From: Auanema rhodensis
Lineage: Eukaryota > Animalia > Nematoda
Length of the DNA stretch: 64,000 nt
Assembly: GCA_964057225.1 (NCBI GenBank)
Contig: OZ059895.1
Location: 14,694,001 to 14,758,000, forward strand
Direction: 5' to 3'
Shown here: positions 38,677-50,229 of the stretch, one piece after another
How the letters are laid out: every line of letters starts with the position of its first letter
Position numbering within the stretch: position 1 is the first letter of the stretch
Notes under the pieces: model-generated
Database searches by the model: none
What the model saw: the letters and a program-made list of their open reading frames with translations, nothing else
Told to the model about the DNA's origin: nothing
Program-made: the position numbers and the translations under genes

Positions 38677-38772
38677 TGTTGCTCTCCAATGGAGAGCGTT
38701 CCAAAATTTAATTCGAACACAGAATTATTCTGGTTGAATCAGGAAAGTACCTCAAACTTGGGTAATTAAACC
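38677..38772 (-). ncRNA. sls-1: SL1 spliced-leader RNA gene, copy 1
   Basis: Exact 22-nt GGTTTAATTACCCAAGTTTGAG, GT donor, stem-loop II, Sm site AATTTTGG, terminal hairpin GCTCTCC-ATT-GGAGAGC. The 3' end is approximate. Confidence 0.97.
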
Positions 38773-38860
38773 AAAGATGCAGTGTCACCTCCCAGTGCCG
38801 TCAATAAAAGCGCCGTATCCCATTGGGGTGCTGTGTCTGCCTCTAACGCACATAGAGATT
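38773..38860 (-). promoter_or_regulatory. SL1 upstream promoter region with PSE-like TGACGGCAC...GGTGACAC (repeated in all four units)
   Basis: Conserved block immediately upstream of +1 in every copy; TGACGGC resembles the nematode SNAPc-type TGTCGGC core. Confidence 0.6.
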
Positions 38861-39165
38861 GCTCTCTTCACCAGACAATGACTACTGCATAAGAGCCTGA
38901 ACAAGAAAGCAGCCTAGATTTATGACAGTTTCCCATAGAGCCTGTGTATAACCGCTCTTTTCTACTGAAATTTTAAAAATAAACAGCTATCTTCTTAAAT
39001 TATATGAGCCTGAGCTACTTAGAACTTAGGTTTGTGGACAACCTCTCACACAGCCTGAATACAACTGCTCATCTCAACCCCAAATCCAAAAATGATCTTC
39101 ATCCTCATTGACTTTTCTATTTTAAAAATCAAACGAACTTGATTCATCTAAAGATTTTCGATTCA

Positions 39166-39261
39166 TGTTGCTCTCCAATGGAGAGCGTTCCAAAATTTAA
39201 TTCGAACACAGAATTATTCTGGTTGAATCAGGAAAGTACCTCAAACTTGGGTAATTAAACC
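39166..39261 (-). ncRNA. sls-1: SL1 spliced-leader RNA gene, copy 2
   Basis: Same sequence as copy 1. Confidence 0.97.
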
Positions 39262-39653
39262 GAAGATGCAGTGTCACCTCCCAGTGCCGTCAATGTAGGC
39301 GCCGTATCCCATTGGGGTGCTATGTCTGCCTCTAACCCACATAGAGATTGCGTCTCTTTACCAGACAATGACTACTGCATATGAGCCTGAACCAGAAAGC
39401 AGCCTAGGTTTGTGACAATATCCGATATAGCCTGTGTATAACCGCTCTTTCCTACTGAAGTTTAGCAATAAACGGTTATCTTCTTAAATTATATGAGCCT
39501 GAGCTACTTAGAACTTAGGTTTGTGGACAACCTCTCATACAGCCTGAATACAACCGCTCATCTCAACTACAATTCCTAAAATGATTCTCGTTCTCATTGA
39601 TTTTTCAATTTTAAAAATCAAACGAACTGATTTATCTAAAGACATTTGATTCA

Positions 39654-39749
39654 TGTTGCTCTCCAGTGGAGAGCGTTCCAAAATTTAATTCGAACACAGA
39701 ATTATTCTGGTTGAATCAGGAAAGTACCTCAAACTTGGGTAATTAAACC
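39654..39749 (-). ncRNA. sls-1: SL1 spliced-leader RNA gene, copy 3
   Basis: As copy 1, with terminal loop ACT instead of ATT. Confidence 0.97.
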
Positions 39750-40142
39750 GAAGATGCAGTGTCACCTCCCAGTGCCGTCAATGTAGGCGCCGTATCCCAT
39801 TGGGGTGCTATGTCTGCCTCTAACCCACATAGAGATTGCGTCTCTTTACCAGACAATGACTACTGCATATGAGCCTGAACCAGAAAGCAGCCTAGGTTTG
39901 TGACAATATCCGATATAGCCTGTGTATAACCGCTCTTTCCTACTGAAGTTTAGCAATAAACGGTTATCTTCTTAAATTATATGAGCCTGAGCTACTTAGA
40001 ACTTAGGTTTGTGGACAACCTCTCATACAGCCTGAATACAACTGCTCATCTCAACTATAATTCCCAGAATGATTATCATCTTCGTTGATTTTTCAATTTT
40101 AAAAATCCAAAGAACTTGATTCTTCCAATGATTTTCGATTCA

Positions 40143-40238
40143 TGTTGCTCTCCAGTGGAGAGCGTTCCAAAATTTAATTCGAACACAGAATTATTCTGGT
40201 TGAATCAGGAAAGTACCTCAAACTTGGGTAATTAAACC
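40143..40238 (-). ncRNA. sls-1: SL1 spliced-leader RNA gene, copy 4
   Basis: As copy 3. Confidence 0.97.
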
Positions 40239-40948
40239 GAAGATGCAGTGTCACCTCCCAGTGCCGTCAATGAAGGCGCCGTATCCCATTGGGGTGCTGT
40301 GTCTGCCTCTAACCCACATAGAGATTGCTCTCTTCACCAGACAATGACTAGGAGCCTGAACTTCGAAGCAACTTAAGATTTGTTAACAATTTCTTGTAAG
40401 ATGCTATTTTTAAAAAGCAGCGTGAATGATATTTTACTTTGAATATCGCCCACAATAATTCAGTTTTCTGCATCATTTATTTTGACGGATATGCGGTGAT
40501 GTGTCCCAGCATTTACAGCATTTTCTTGAGCGCAAATCTCTATTAAGCTTGTCATCTATGTATACATATAGTTTATATGTATTAATAATATTTATTATTT
40601 TAAAATTATATTTTCTGTGCGGAAACGGTCAACGAATAAATCTGTTTGAATTGAGGTTTGTTCGTTCCGCTCACGCTCAGAAATTATGATGATCATCGTC
40701 CACTTGCCATGCTCAAGTTTAAGTTTTATATCTTAGTGCTCAAGTTAGAGTTTTATTTCATTGTGAATGATTGTAATGATCTAACCTATATATCCAGAAG
40801 ATGAGGTGATTTTCATTTTTGCTACAGCTAGCAATGATATTGCTTGAACAAACTAAAGTATTCGATTACAATAAACATCTATGTGATGAATTGATAGTAT
40901 AAACTTAGAAAATGTGGTTTGAACATCATTGGTATTAATCAATCAATC

Positions 40949-41142
40949 ATGATATGGTTGAATACTAGTTGCTTAATATTATTTTTATTTTATGTATATT
41001 CATCAAATATTGTGATAGTTGTTGATGGAATAGCTATATCAGCTGTCGATTCACCAGATGATATAACGGGTGTTAATAATGATGATGACGATGATGATGA
41101 TGATGCTGAAGGTAGGATTTTCTTATATTTTCTCTTCTAATC

Positions 41143-41203
<61 letters not shown>

Positions 41204-42985
41204 AATCTAATAAGAGCTTGCCTCATTTAATCTTACTTACAGCTTTATTCAACAAAACTTATTCGGAACAGACAACTGAGCTAGAACGTGAAGTTTTTCG
41301 TAAATATAATGTCAGAACTCGACCAACAAAGTTAGTTTGCACACATCAATGTATCAGCATTTTCCAACATATTTTGATAGAAATGGATCAGCTGCAACAG
41401 TCATTGATGTTCATTGGCATATCATACATGCGAGTATCAATCAGGAACAGGGTTCGATGACGTTACATGGACATTTGTATATGGTATTGATTGTATTTTT
41501 GAAGCCGAAGTTGAAGAAAGATTTCTAATTTAGCGTTGGGATGACGACTATCTTGGCTGGGATCCAGATGACTTCAATGGTATTCGTCTTCTACAAGCTC
41601 GTAAATGGCACGTGTGGAATCCCAGAATACGTGTAGCTAATTCGTAAATAATACAAACTTACAGCTTTATTTGAGATAATTATTGATTTAGAATATCTGG
41701 AGTTCATTCACATCATGACATAGCTCCTGTAGCTCATGTACTCATCATGACCCAATCTAAGGAGAAGGTATTAGTAGGCAGAATCAGCGCTTAACTCAGG
41801 TTATAACTTAAGGGATCGTCTGTTGAGATGTATCCGACGTTTTCTATCAATGTTGGATGCTATTTCGATTATGCTGATTATCCAAATGATATCAATGAAT
41901 GCTCTATAGCTATCTATTCACCAACGAAGCTGTCTGATGTACTACTTGTTCATATTTGAAAGATTTTACACATTTTCCTTTAGGTTGCTCTTCGAGTTTA
42001 CGAGAGTTGGCCACCAACATTAATGCTTGGTTAGCTTTCCGTCAACTTCTTCTTCTAAACGATATTTTGCCATTTAGGTTGGGGAGCTCAAGCAAACAAA
42101 CGTATAATCTCCGATTTTGAAATAGTTGATTTCAAAAATCGGCTCTTATACTACAGAAATGGATCGACTACAACGGAAAAGCCGACAACACCGTTTGAAA
42201 CAGCAAACACATGGTAAGTTAACAACTGAATCTGATAAACATCATCATCCACATCATATAGGCCAGTAATTGAAGGGACCGTGAGAATGCGTCGACATAC
42301 AGCTCTATATGGCATTGGAATCTTTCTACCATGCTTGGTAAGCAGGAGGAAAAGCCCGACGGATCGTACATGAAATTCATTTTAGGTTTCAATATTGATT
42401 AACATCTGTTCATTTATTTTACCATCACTATATATGTCTATATATAGTATAATGGCGAATTATGTTATTCAAATAACATTTTTACAAGAAATTGTAACGA
42501 AGCTTCCATTAACAATCTCAAAAGTACCGGATACAGGTAAGGATTACAATCTACATTGATCATCAAGAACTGTCTGAGACTTCAGTTGTTATGTATGGGC
42601 TTTCCATGTTTTTGAATCTCATCTCCTTCTTCTTTCACATCTTCTTCATCTATCTGGCTACAACCGTACGTGATCTGTTTTTAACACAACAAACTCAATT
42701 GCTCATCTTCTTTCTTCAGAATACAACACCTCCAAAGTCATTGCAGCGGTTTCTGGAGCGATTTACAACATTTTACAAGAAGAAGACATGCGGTGAGTCA
42801 TATTTTTTTAAGAAAAAAACAACATTACGAAGAGAGTATAATACTCGAAATCTGAAAAATTTAAGTTTCTACTTGAAGTTTTTATAGAAAATTGGACAGA
42901 ATGCATAACCATTATTCGAGCATTATTTTCAATAATCTTCATCTTTGGCTATGTTATCATTGGTTTATATTTTGTATTAAATTAA
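40949..42985 (+). CDS. Divergent Cys-loop ligand-gated ion channel subunit (orphan lgc-type)
   Basis: Signal peptide; YNVRTRP, RWDDDYLGWDPDDFNGI, VWNPRI; Cys loop CYFDYADYPNDINEC (C-x13-C); RR...LPCL M1; four TM helices. Confidence 0.85.
41148..41197. repeat. (CT)n microsatellite in intron 1 of the channel gene
   Basis: Directly visible. Confidence 0.95.
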
Positions 42986-43072
42986 TAAATCAATATGTAT
43001 AATAAATTAAATAATTTATATCGTAAATGACCAGTTTTTATAAAGAATGATGATTCTCATAATTAGTATAAT

Positions 43073-43973
43073 TTATGATAAACAGTTTGTTAACCATGCT
43101 AATGAATCATCTATTCCATCTAATGTATTGATATTCACACTGTATAATGTTACAGGATTTTCACAATAATTCACCAATGATGATGTTTCTTAAGAATTAA
43201 AGTTAATCAAGTTGTAAGTTTGTATATGAAGAGACTCTAAAGACTCATACCTGTTGGCTGAATGCCCAATGATTCCAATAGTAATTGATTGCTAACACCT
43301 CTGAGTGTACCGCTTGAGTTTATGTATAAGATTGGAACATGTGGAGCCTGAAAGAGAGATGAATGCGATGAAGTAGCTGGTCAATAAAAGGAAAAAGGAA
43401 GATCATGAGCAAGTTTTAACAAATCTGAACTTACTTTCCGAAATAGTTCAATGACATTTTGTGAATCTTTTTTAATTTCAAAAATTGTAGAAGTATCGGA
43501 AGAATCAAACACATAAATCACAGCATCAGCATCACCATGTTGCCATACAGGAACATCTAAAAATAATTTCATTTTTATCCAGATGAAAAGAACTACAATA
43601 TGATGTACTTGTGACATTTGGCAGATGATGTAGTTGATAAACACGTCCATTCTTCAATGTTACTTCATCAATTACTTAAAAAATGCTCAATGTAAGTAAC
43701 AATATAAGATTCAAACACAATTCTTCACATACACTCATCTTCAGTTGCAGCTGATCGTATTATCCTGGCATAGCTGATCCTGCCAGCTTCTGCAGGACCA
43801 ATTATAACAATTTTTCCACAAACTTTCGGTCCAGCTATAGTAGTATACATTGAGTTCATATATATATCAAATAATTCACGCTTACACACATATGAATATA
43901 GTTCAGAAGCTTTTTGAAAGAGCCATGAGCCTAAAGCTACATCTTTTTCTCCAATCGTAATTTGGATGTTCAT
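43073..43973 (-). CDS. Highly degenerate Sar1/Arf-like small GTPase (pseudo-GTPase)
   Basis: GKIVIIGPAEAGRIS (altered P-loop), DADAVIYVFDSSD, HVPILYI and GIDDSLAWL; amphipathic N-terminus SWLFQKASELYSYV. The start could be upstream, at 44066. Confidence 0.7.
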
Positions 43974-44325
43974 ATATGCTGCAGGTACTACGACACTAAA
44001 ACATATTGAGACAACATGTTGAAATTTCACGAGAATAACGAAAAGATATGAAAAAGGTAATTCCATAATAAGAAATCCATTTTAGTTTATATATAAATAT
44101 AATTATATTAAATTATTTAAAATAAAAAAATTATTTATTTGATAAACAAAAAGCAAAAAAAAAAAAGAAAAATGAGCTGTACATAATAGTATTTGTATAG
44201 ACAAATATGCCACTTAATTGATATGAAAAGCCATAACAATGGTTTGAAAATAAAATAATTTGTTATACATATAGAATTATTTTACATTTATTATTACAAA
44301 ATAAAACTGAATGAGATAGAACATT

Positions 44326-45210
44326 TCAATTTTGAAGTTGATTTGTAAGCCAATGAAAAGCTTCACCGATTCCTGTACGCTGTACTACTGAACAACGAAA
44401 CATTTCAATTGGTCGGATAGTTATATCTAGTAATGAGTCATCTGCTGAAATAATCAATAAACAAAGATAAGACAAGAGTACAAATAATAAAAATAATTTC
44501 CTTTTTTTTTTCCTAATAACTCACATTTACCGGTACAATTGACATTAAGAAAACGACAGATGTCAGCAGAAGCCATAGCATGTAGTAAATCACATTTTGT
44601 TCCCAAAATAAGAATCGGAGTTATAGCCTGAATAAACAAAATAATTTAGAATATATGATGATGATTTCATAAGTCACGTACATCTTCTTCATTTAATAAA
44701 ACTTGAAATTCTTTTTGATTACGACCCAGGTTGTATGTATCAGTTAAGTCAACAACATATATGACAGCATCAAAACCTGTGACATCAATAGTATTCAGAT
44801 CTTAAAATAATATTTTGAAGACAAAATCTTGAAATTTCTTCAAAAAAAATACCTTCAAATTCTAAATTGACTTCAATCAAAGTATAAACTATATCACCTA
44901 AAGTTATTTGCGATGGACCTAGAAGAAAGATCAACATGACAATCACACATTTTGAAGAACTGTAAGTGAAAATACCTGGTGAGTCATCTTCATTCAAATT
45001 TCTAATACAACGTATCAGGGTCGTTTTTCCAGCACCTTCTAATCCTAGAACGGCAATGCGATGAGGTTCGCGCACTGAATACTCTATAACAACGGATGAA
45101 AGCATGAGAAACTTCGAAGAAATACAAGAATTTGAAAATGAGAAGATATTGAATCATAGATTACCTTTTAGGTGAATAATGTCCAGCAAGCGGTTCCAAA
45201 CCCAAGACAT
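44326..45210 (-). CDS. Divergent Sar1-like small GTPase
   Basis: MSWVWNRLLDII, RIAVLGLEGAGKTTLI, DAVIYVVD, PILILGTKCD and RPIEMFRCSVVQRTGIGEAFHWL (cf. Sar1 RP.EVFMCSV..RQG.GEGFRWL). Confidence 0.8.
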
Positions 45211-45725
45211 GTCCTTGTCATATGTTTTCTGAAACGAAAACCGGTAAACATGTATATATATATATATAATTTTCGACGAAATAGCCTTGGAAGTTATGTC
45301 AATTACTGAAGCAAAATAGCCAAAACAATCTTAATTTTTGAAAATCTCGCAGCATTCCTACAGATGATATACTATGTCAATGTTCGCAAATAAAGAAGAA
45401 AAAAAACATGCGAAATGTGACATAAATAAAGGAACAACCGTTCAATACGATCAAATGAGAGAAATTGGCGTCATTTCACGTAAACTTCACGTACGTTCCT
45501 AGCATATCATAGAACGTGCGCGAGGAAATAGTTAGATATCAGAAGAGAAGGTAACGCACAAGAGATGCAATTATGGATGAGTGATCACTCAAAGCTATGA
45601 GAGAGTCAAGAAGTGGAAACAGACAGGTGAAAGCATAACGAGTAAAGTAAGAGGTAGACCTTGCGGATCGTGTTTACAAGTCCGCTCTTCTCAACAGATG
45701 CTCTACCGAAGTACGAGGTTTTAAT

Positions 45726-45777
45726 CTCTCTCTCTCTCTTTCTCTCTCTCTCTTTCTTTCTCTCTCTCTCTCTCTCT
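45726..45777. repeat. Imperfect (CT)n microsatellite
   Basis: Directly visible. Confidence 0.9.
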
Positions 45778-46927
45778 TACTTTGACCCTGTATTGTCAAT
45801 TGTAGTCTGGTATGCAAGAAAGTTTGCAATCTAAGGAACTAAGTTCTATAACAACTTATTAACAGCAAACAACCATAAAGCCTAGGAGAGCCAGATGCTT
45901 GCTTATATGATAATATTTTTGATTTGTTATCAGTAAACAAATGAAAAACTGATATTTTTTTTCTGTAAACTTAATAGTTATCATCAGGTGAAAATAGGTA
46001 CTCCGGGAAAAGGACAAACCTAAGGATGATCAAGACACCAAAAAACAAATAATTAATGACAAAATCCTTCAAAATCTATGACCTTTGCAAAAAAAATATT
46101 TGGAAATGGAAAGAAAATCTGATTTGAAAAAGATCATATGACAACATAATCAGGATATCTACCTATGTTTATATTGAAGAAGGATTATTTTGGTCAGCTA
46201 GGCCACTAGACAATGAATACGAAGTTTGGAAAGACAGTTGACTGATCACGTTGAAGATATATTGATCCAAAACTTTGAAGTTATAGCGAAATAGAGAGGG
46301 AGAAGGTAAGAGAATGAAAATTTTAAAAGATAGAGACCCTAGTAAACAGCATGAATGTTAACGAGGATGAACTAATCTGCAAAAAAAAGACAATTATTTT
46401 GAAAAACAGTGCTGTTTTGGTAATGAACATTGGAACATAGTATTGATTACCAATATAACTTCTTACTATTCAAGATAAGTTGATTCTGGAATTTCCCAGG
46501 ATCTTATTGTCAGAAAAGGTATTGAGTATGTTGAAATCAGTTATCTATAGGATGTAATTGAAAAGGAAAAAGACTGTATATGTGTTAAATACATGTGAGG
46601 AAGGTTTGAGAATGGTTTTGTTTAGAATGTGTTCCCAAACGAAGTTTGTACATAAAATTCCTATTCGCACGAACAATGAATGGTAAAAGTTAAAGGTCAC
46701 ACGATTTCTCATACAAAATATAAATTAAGTTTGAATAGTTAAAATCTTACATTGTTTAAGCATTCTTTACAGATTTACCGTTGGCAAGATGTAATTATTA
46801 TGAAAAGTTCATCTACGGTTGATGAACTGAAATTCCAAAAACGGATATGATAGTAGAAGACAATTTTGAAGGAATTTCACAACTTGCACATACAAACATT
46901 CGCACATCCACACATAATACGGTGCAG

Positions 46928-46930
<3 letters not shown>

Positions 46931-47001
<71 letters not shown>
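46931..47001. repeat. (AG)n microsatellite (~35 units)
   Basis: Directly visible. Confidence 0.97.
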
Positions 47002-47004
<3 letters not shown>

Positions 47005-48311
47005 GACAGAGAAAATCTCATTAATATCGGAGATATAGATATGAGATAACTAATGTTCATTCATAACATAGATATGTAGTACCTTTTACTGAATTGGAAT
47101 GTGGATTATGAAGATGAAATATGCAATCAATATTGTTGATTAAAATCTTTTGTTTGTTTGATTGCATAAGAGGTTGAACGATTTTGTGATGAATTCTCAG
47201 TATACTAAGGAAAAAAACTTAAAAGGTTGTCTCATTAGTAAACAGATGATAAACTGACTTTTGCTCATATTTTTTTACTGCATGCAGCAAAGATAAGGAA
47301 ATATGAGCTGCAATAATATGAGTTTATTGTGTGCAAATTACTTAATATACTTGTTGATGTAGCCTCAATAGTAGAAATATCAATTCTCTGATTATCATTA
47401 TCGCAAAAAACGAACAAATTCTTAAGTTATTGCTGAAAATCTGTCCTTCAATGTATGCAACAACGCTTCAACTAATGCACTTTTCCACAAAAAATAAAGT
47501 ACGCGACGCTGTGTTCACGTAAAATTTCACGCATTTCAACGCTAGTTGATACTACGAATATGTACAAAGCTCACACTATTATCAGTTTGTGTTAACGATT
47601 ATATATTGTAGATTGTGAGACATGGACTATTTCTCTTTCACAATATATCAAATATAACATTATTTCTTAATTTGTACGATTTGTGATGTATAGCTGACGT
47701 TGCTTTATCAACGGCATCGCCGTAGAAAACCTCTATGTATTCTCTGATCTCTAGCATTTGTCATCATTTGCGAACGTTCGAGTTCCCCATCATGTTTTAA
47801 CCGAAGTTTTTGCTATTTCATAATTCTTTAAAAAATGAGTATATAAAGGAATTGTAAATTGTTTAGCACATAGAAAGCTTCATCTTTCTTCTCACTCACT
47901 ATTTTACTCAGTATCCCCGTTACTCTCTCTCTCTCCCTTTTCTCTTTGTGCAGTATCCGTCAAGTGCTATGCTGCAGTACTTTCTCGAAACTTTTGATCT
48001 GACGTTCCCCCATTCGGCCTCTTGATATCTTGACATAGTGCACGTGCAAAATAACAAAATGCAATGAAGTTTGTGGAAAAATGTGCGCGTGGAACTAGAG
48101 TCTTGTCAGATTGATCGTGGTGTTTTCTACATACATACATACACACACACACACAACTTCTCGTTGGGTTATCAGATAGTCTTCCAGTCCATTCTTTCTT
48201 TATGTTTTCATTTGTATATAAGTAACAAAAATCGTTGATTAAGCTGTCATAATTTTATATTGGAAGCATACAGTTTCAATTTCTAACGTCTTCTTTTCAG
48301 TATATTCGAAT

Positions 48312-49454
48312 ATGTCTTGTTGCTGTTGTCCAGTAACTTTGATCTCAATTCTTGCTGGCTTGTACTTCATCTACAAGTTTTTCTTTGTCAAGAAAAATCC
48401 TGATGTATGTCTTATACTCATAAAATATTTAGTTTTCAAGTTATTTAGCTCCGCGAAACTAATTGGAAGAAAAACGTCGTATATTTCTACCAATTCCCTC
48501 GTAATAAAAATGTTCCAAGTGCATCCCCATATTGTTTGAAACTTGAAACATTCCTCCGTATTAATAAAATTGAATATGAGGTAAATAACACTATTTCTCT
48601 TCTTTTTACTATTAGGAATCTAATTCTAGAATCGTTTCACTTTGAGTGACCGCTCCAAATATGGTCGTCTTCCATATATCGAGTTGAACGGGGAACAAAT
48701 CGCTGATTCAAAGATCATCGAAGAGCGTCTCATTAAGGAATTCAACGTCAAGGTATAATTCAGAATTTAACTGTATTTCTACTAACTTTTCTTTGTTCAG
48801 ACAGTTGGAACCGCTCAAGAAGATGCTGTTGCCTTATTGGCTTCTCGTACTTTTGATGCTCACACCTTCTTGTAAGTTTCAATTTCGGAATTCGTTAAAC
48901 TTCTTAAATTCATACACTCATCTATGAATATTCTTTTCAGCGTATACCTGCACTACAAGATCGTTCAAGATCCATCTAAGCTTGTCAACTCTTTCTTGAA
49001 CAATTCCGTTCCTTCCTTTATTCTTCCTATTGCTAGCGCTTTTGTTTCATACATGTTCAAGAGAAAGGTAAAAACCTAATTGTATTAAGACCAATACTCT
49101 CAATTCAAATTGATCAGGTTGTTCAACGTATTGATACCGCTTTCGGAGGAATTTATACTGACGAAGAATACAAAACTTTGTTGAACAAGGATATTGAAAG
49201 TTTCAGCAACGTTTTAGGAGATAAGAAATACCTCTGTGGTGATAAGATCGGAACTGTAAGTTGTTTTCTTCACCAGAACTTCATAAAACTTATCTTTGTT
49301 TCAGCACGATTGCACTGTATTTGGTCATTTGGCTTCAGTCTATTATCCATACCACACCTATGTTAACGATGTTATTGACAAATATCCCAACTTGGTCAAG
49401 TACATGGAACGTATTCGTGATACCGTATACCCAGACGATTTCAAACTCAATTAA
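48312..49454 (+). CDS. CDR/failed-axon-connections (FAX) GST-like family protein
   Basis: N-terminal TM helix; NWKKNVVYFYQFPR...PSASPYCLKLETFLR, RSKYGRLPYIELNGEQIADS, LGDKKYLCGD...DCTVFGHLA and YMERIRDTVYP. Confidence 0.9.
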
Positions 49455-50229
49455 GTTATGAATTAGATTTCAACATAAACTTGAAATAATAAAAAAAATA
49501 ATCTTAAATTTATTATACTGATGGAAACACTGATAATAGTACTATATAAGTTTATATATAAATACATAAACTATATATTTATATATCAAATACAAAAAAA
49601 AAGAAAAAAAAAACATCCTTTTAGAAGATATGGGGGATAATAAACTTAATGAGGAAGAAAGGAGAGATAGAGAAAAGCATGTCACGCAACTTATACGACT
49701 TGCTAAACTACCGTATTAGAAGGCGACACACACACAAGCTGCAAGAGAAAACGTTGGAAGTGGGTGTTGTTTGTTGAGGAAGAGACAGAAACATGGAATA
49801 TATAGACTAGTTACAAACCGAAAAAAAAATTATATATGGAGAAAGAAGTGTTATTAGAAAATTTATAACAAAAACCAAAAATTGATGGGAGATAGGTAGG
49901 TATTCAAGTTATTTTAAAATCAAATACGTAGAGGTCGACGAGGTACAGTTTCTAAACACGAACAATCGAGGGCAGTTTCCTGAACAGGCAAAAGAAATTT
50001 AATTCAGAAAGGGAACGGTTGCTGCTTAAAACTAAAAGGAAAGTTTTTCAAATATATATATATATATATACATATATTTAAACTTTCTATATATTTTGTT
50101 TATTTCTATATAAATAAGGAAGAGTACACATGAAGAGACGAATGGTAGTCAGAATGGTACGATACCTTGAATATTATTGATGAAAATTGAAGAAATGCAG
50201 GAAAAAAAACAATCTGGGTAGATTACAAA

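Larger units (their letters stand above)
38660..40350. repeat. Tandem array of 488-489-bp units (~3.5 copies), each carrying one SL1 RNA gene
   Basis: SL1 exons recur at 38751, 39240, 39728 and 40217; the gene and promoter are conserved while the spacers diverge. Confidence 0.97.

Noticed and set aside
38660-40350. 5S rRNA in the SL1 repeat
   Set aside because: No 5S-like sequence or internal box A/C is recognisable on either strand.
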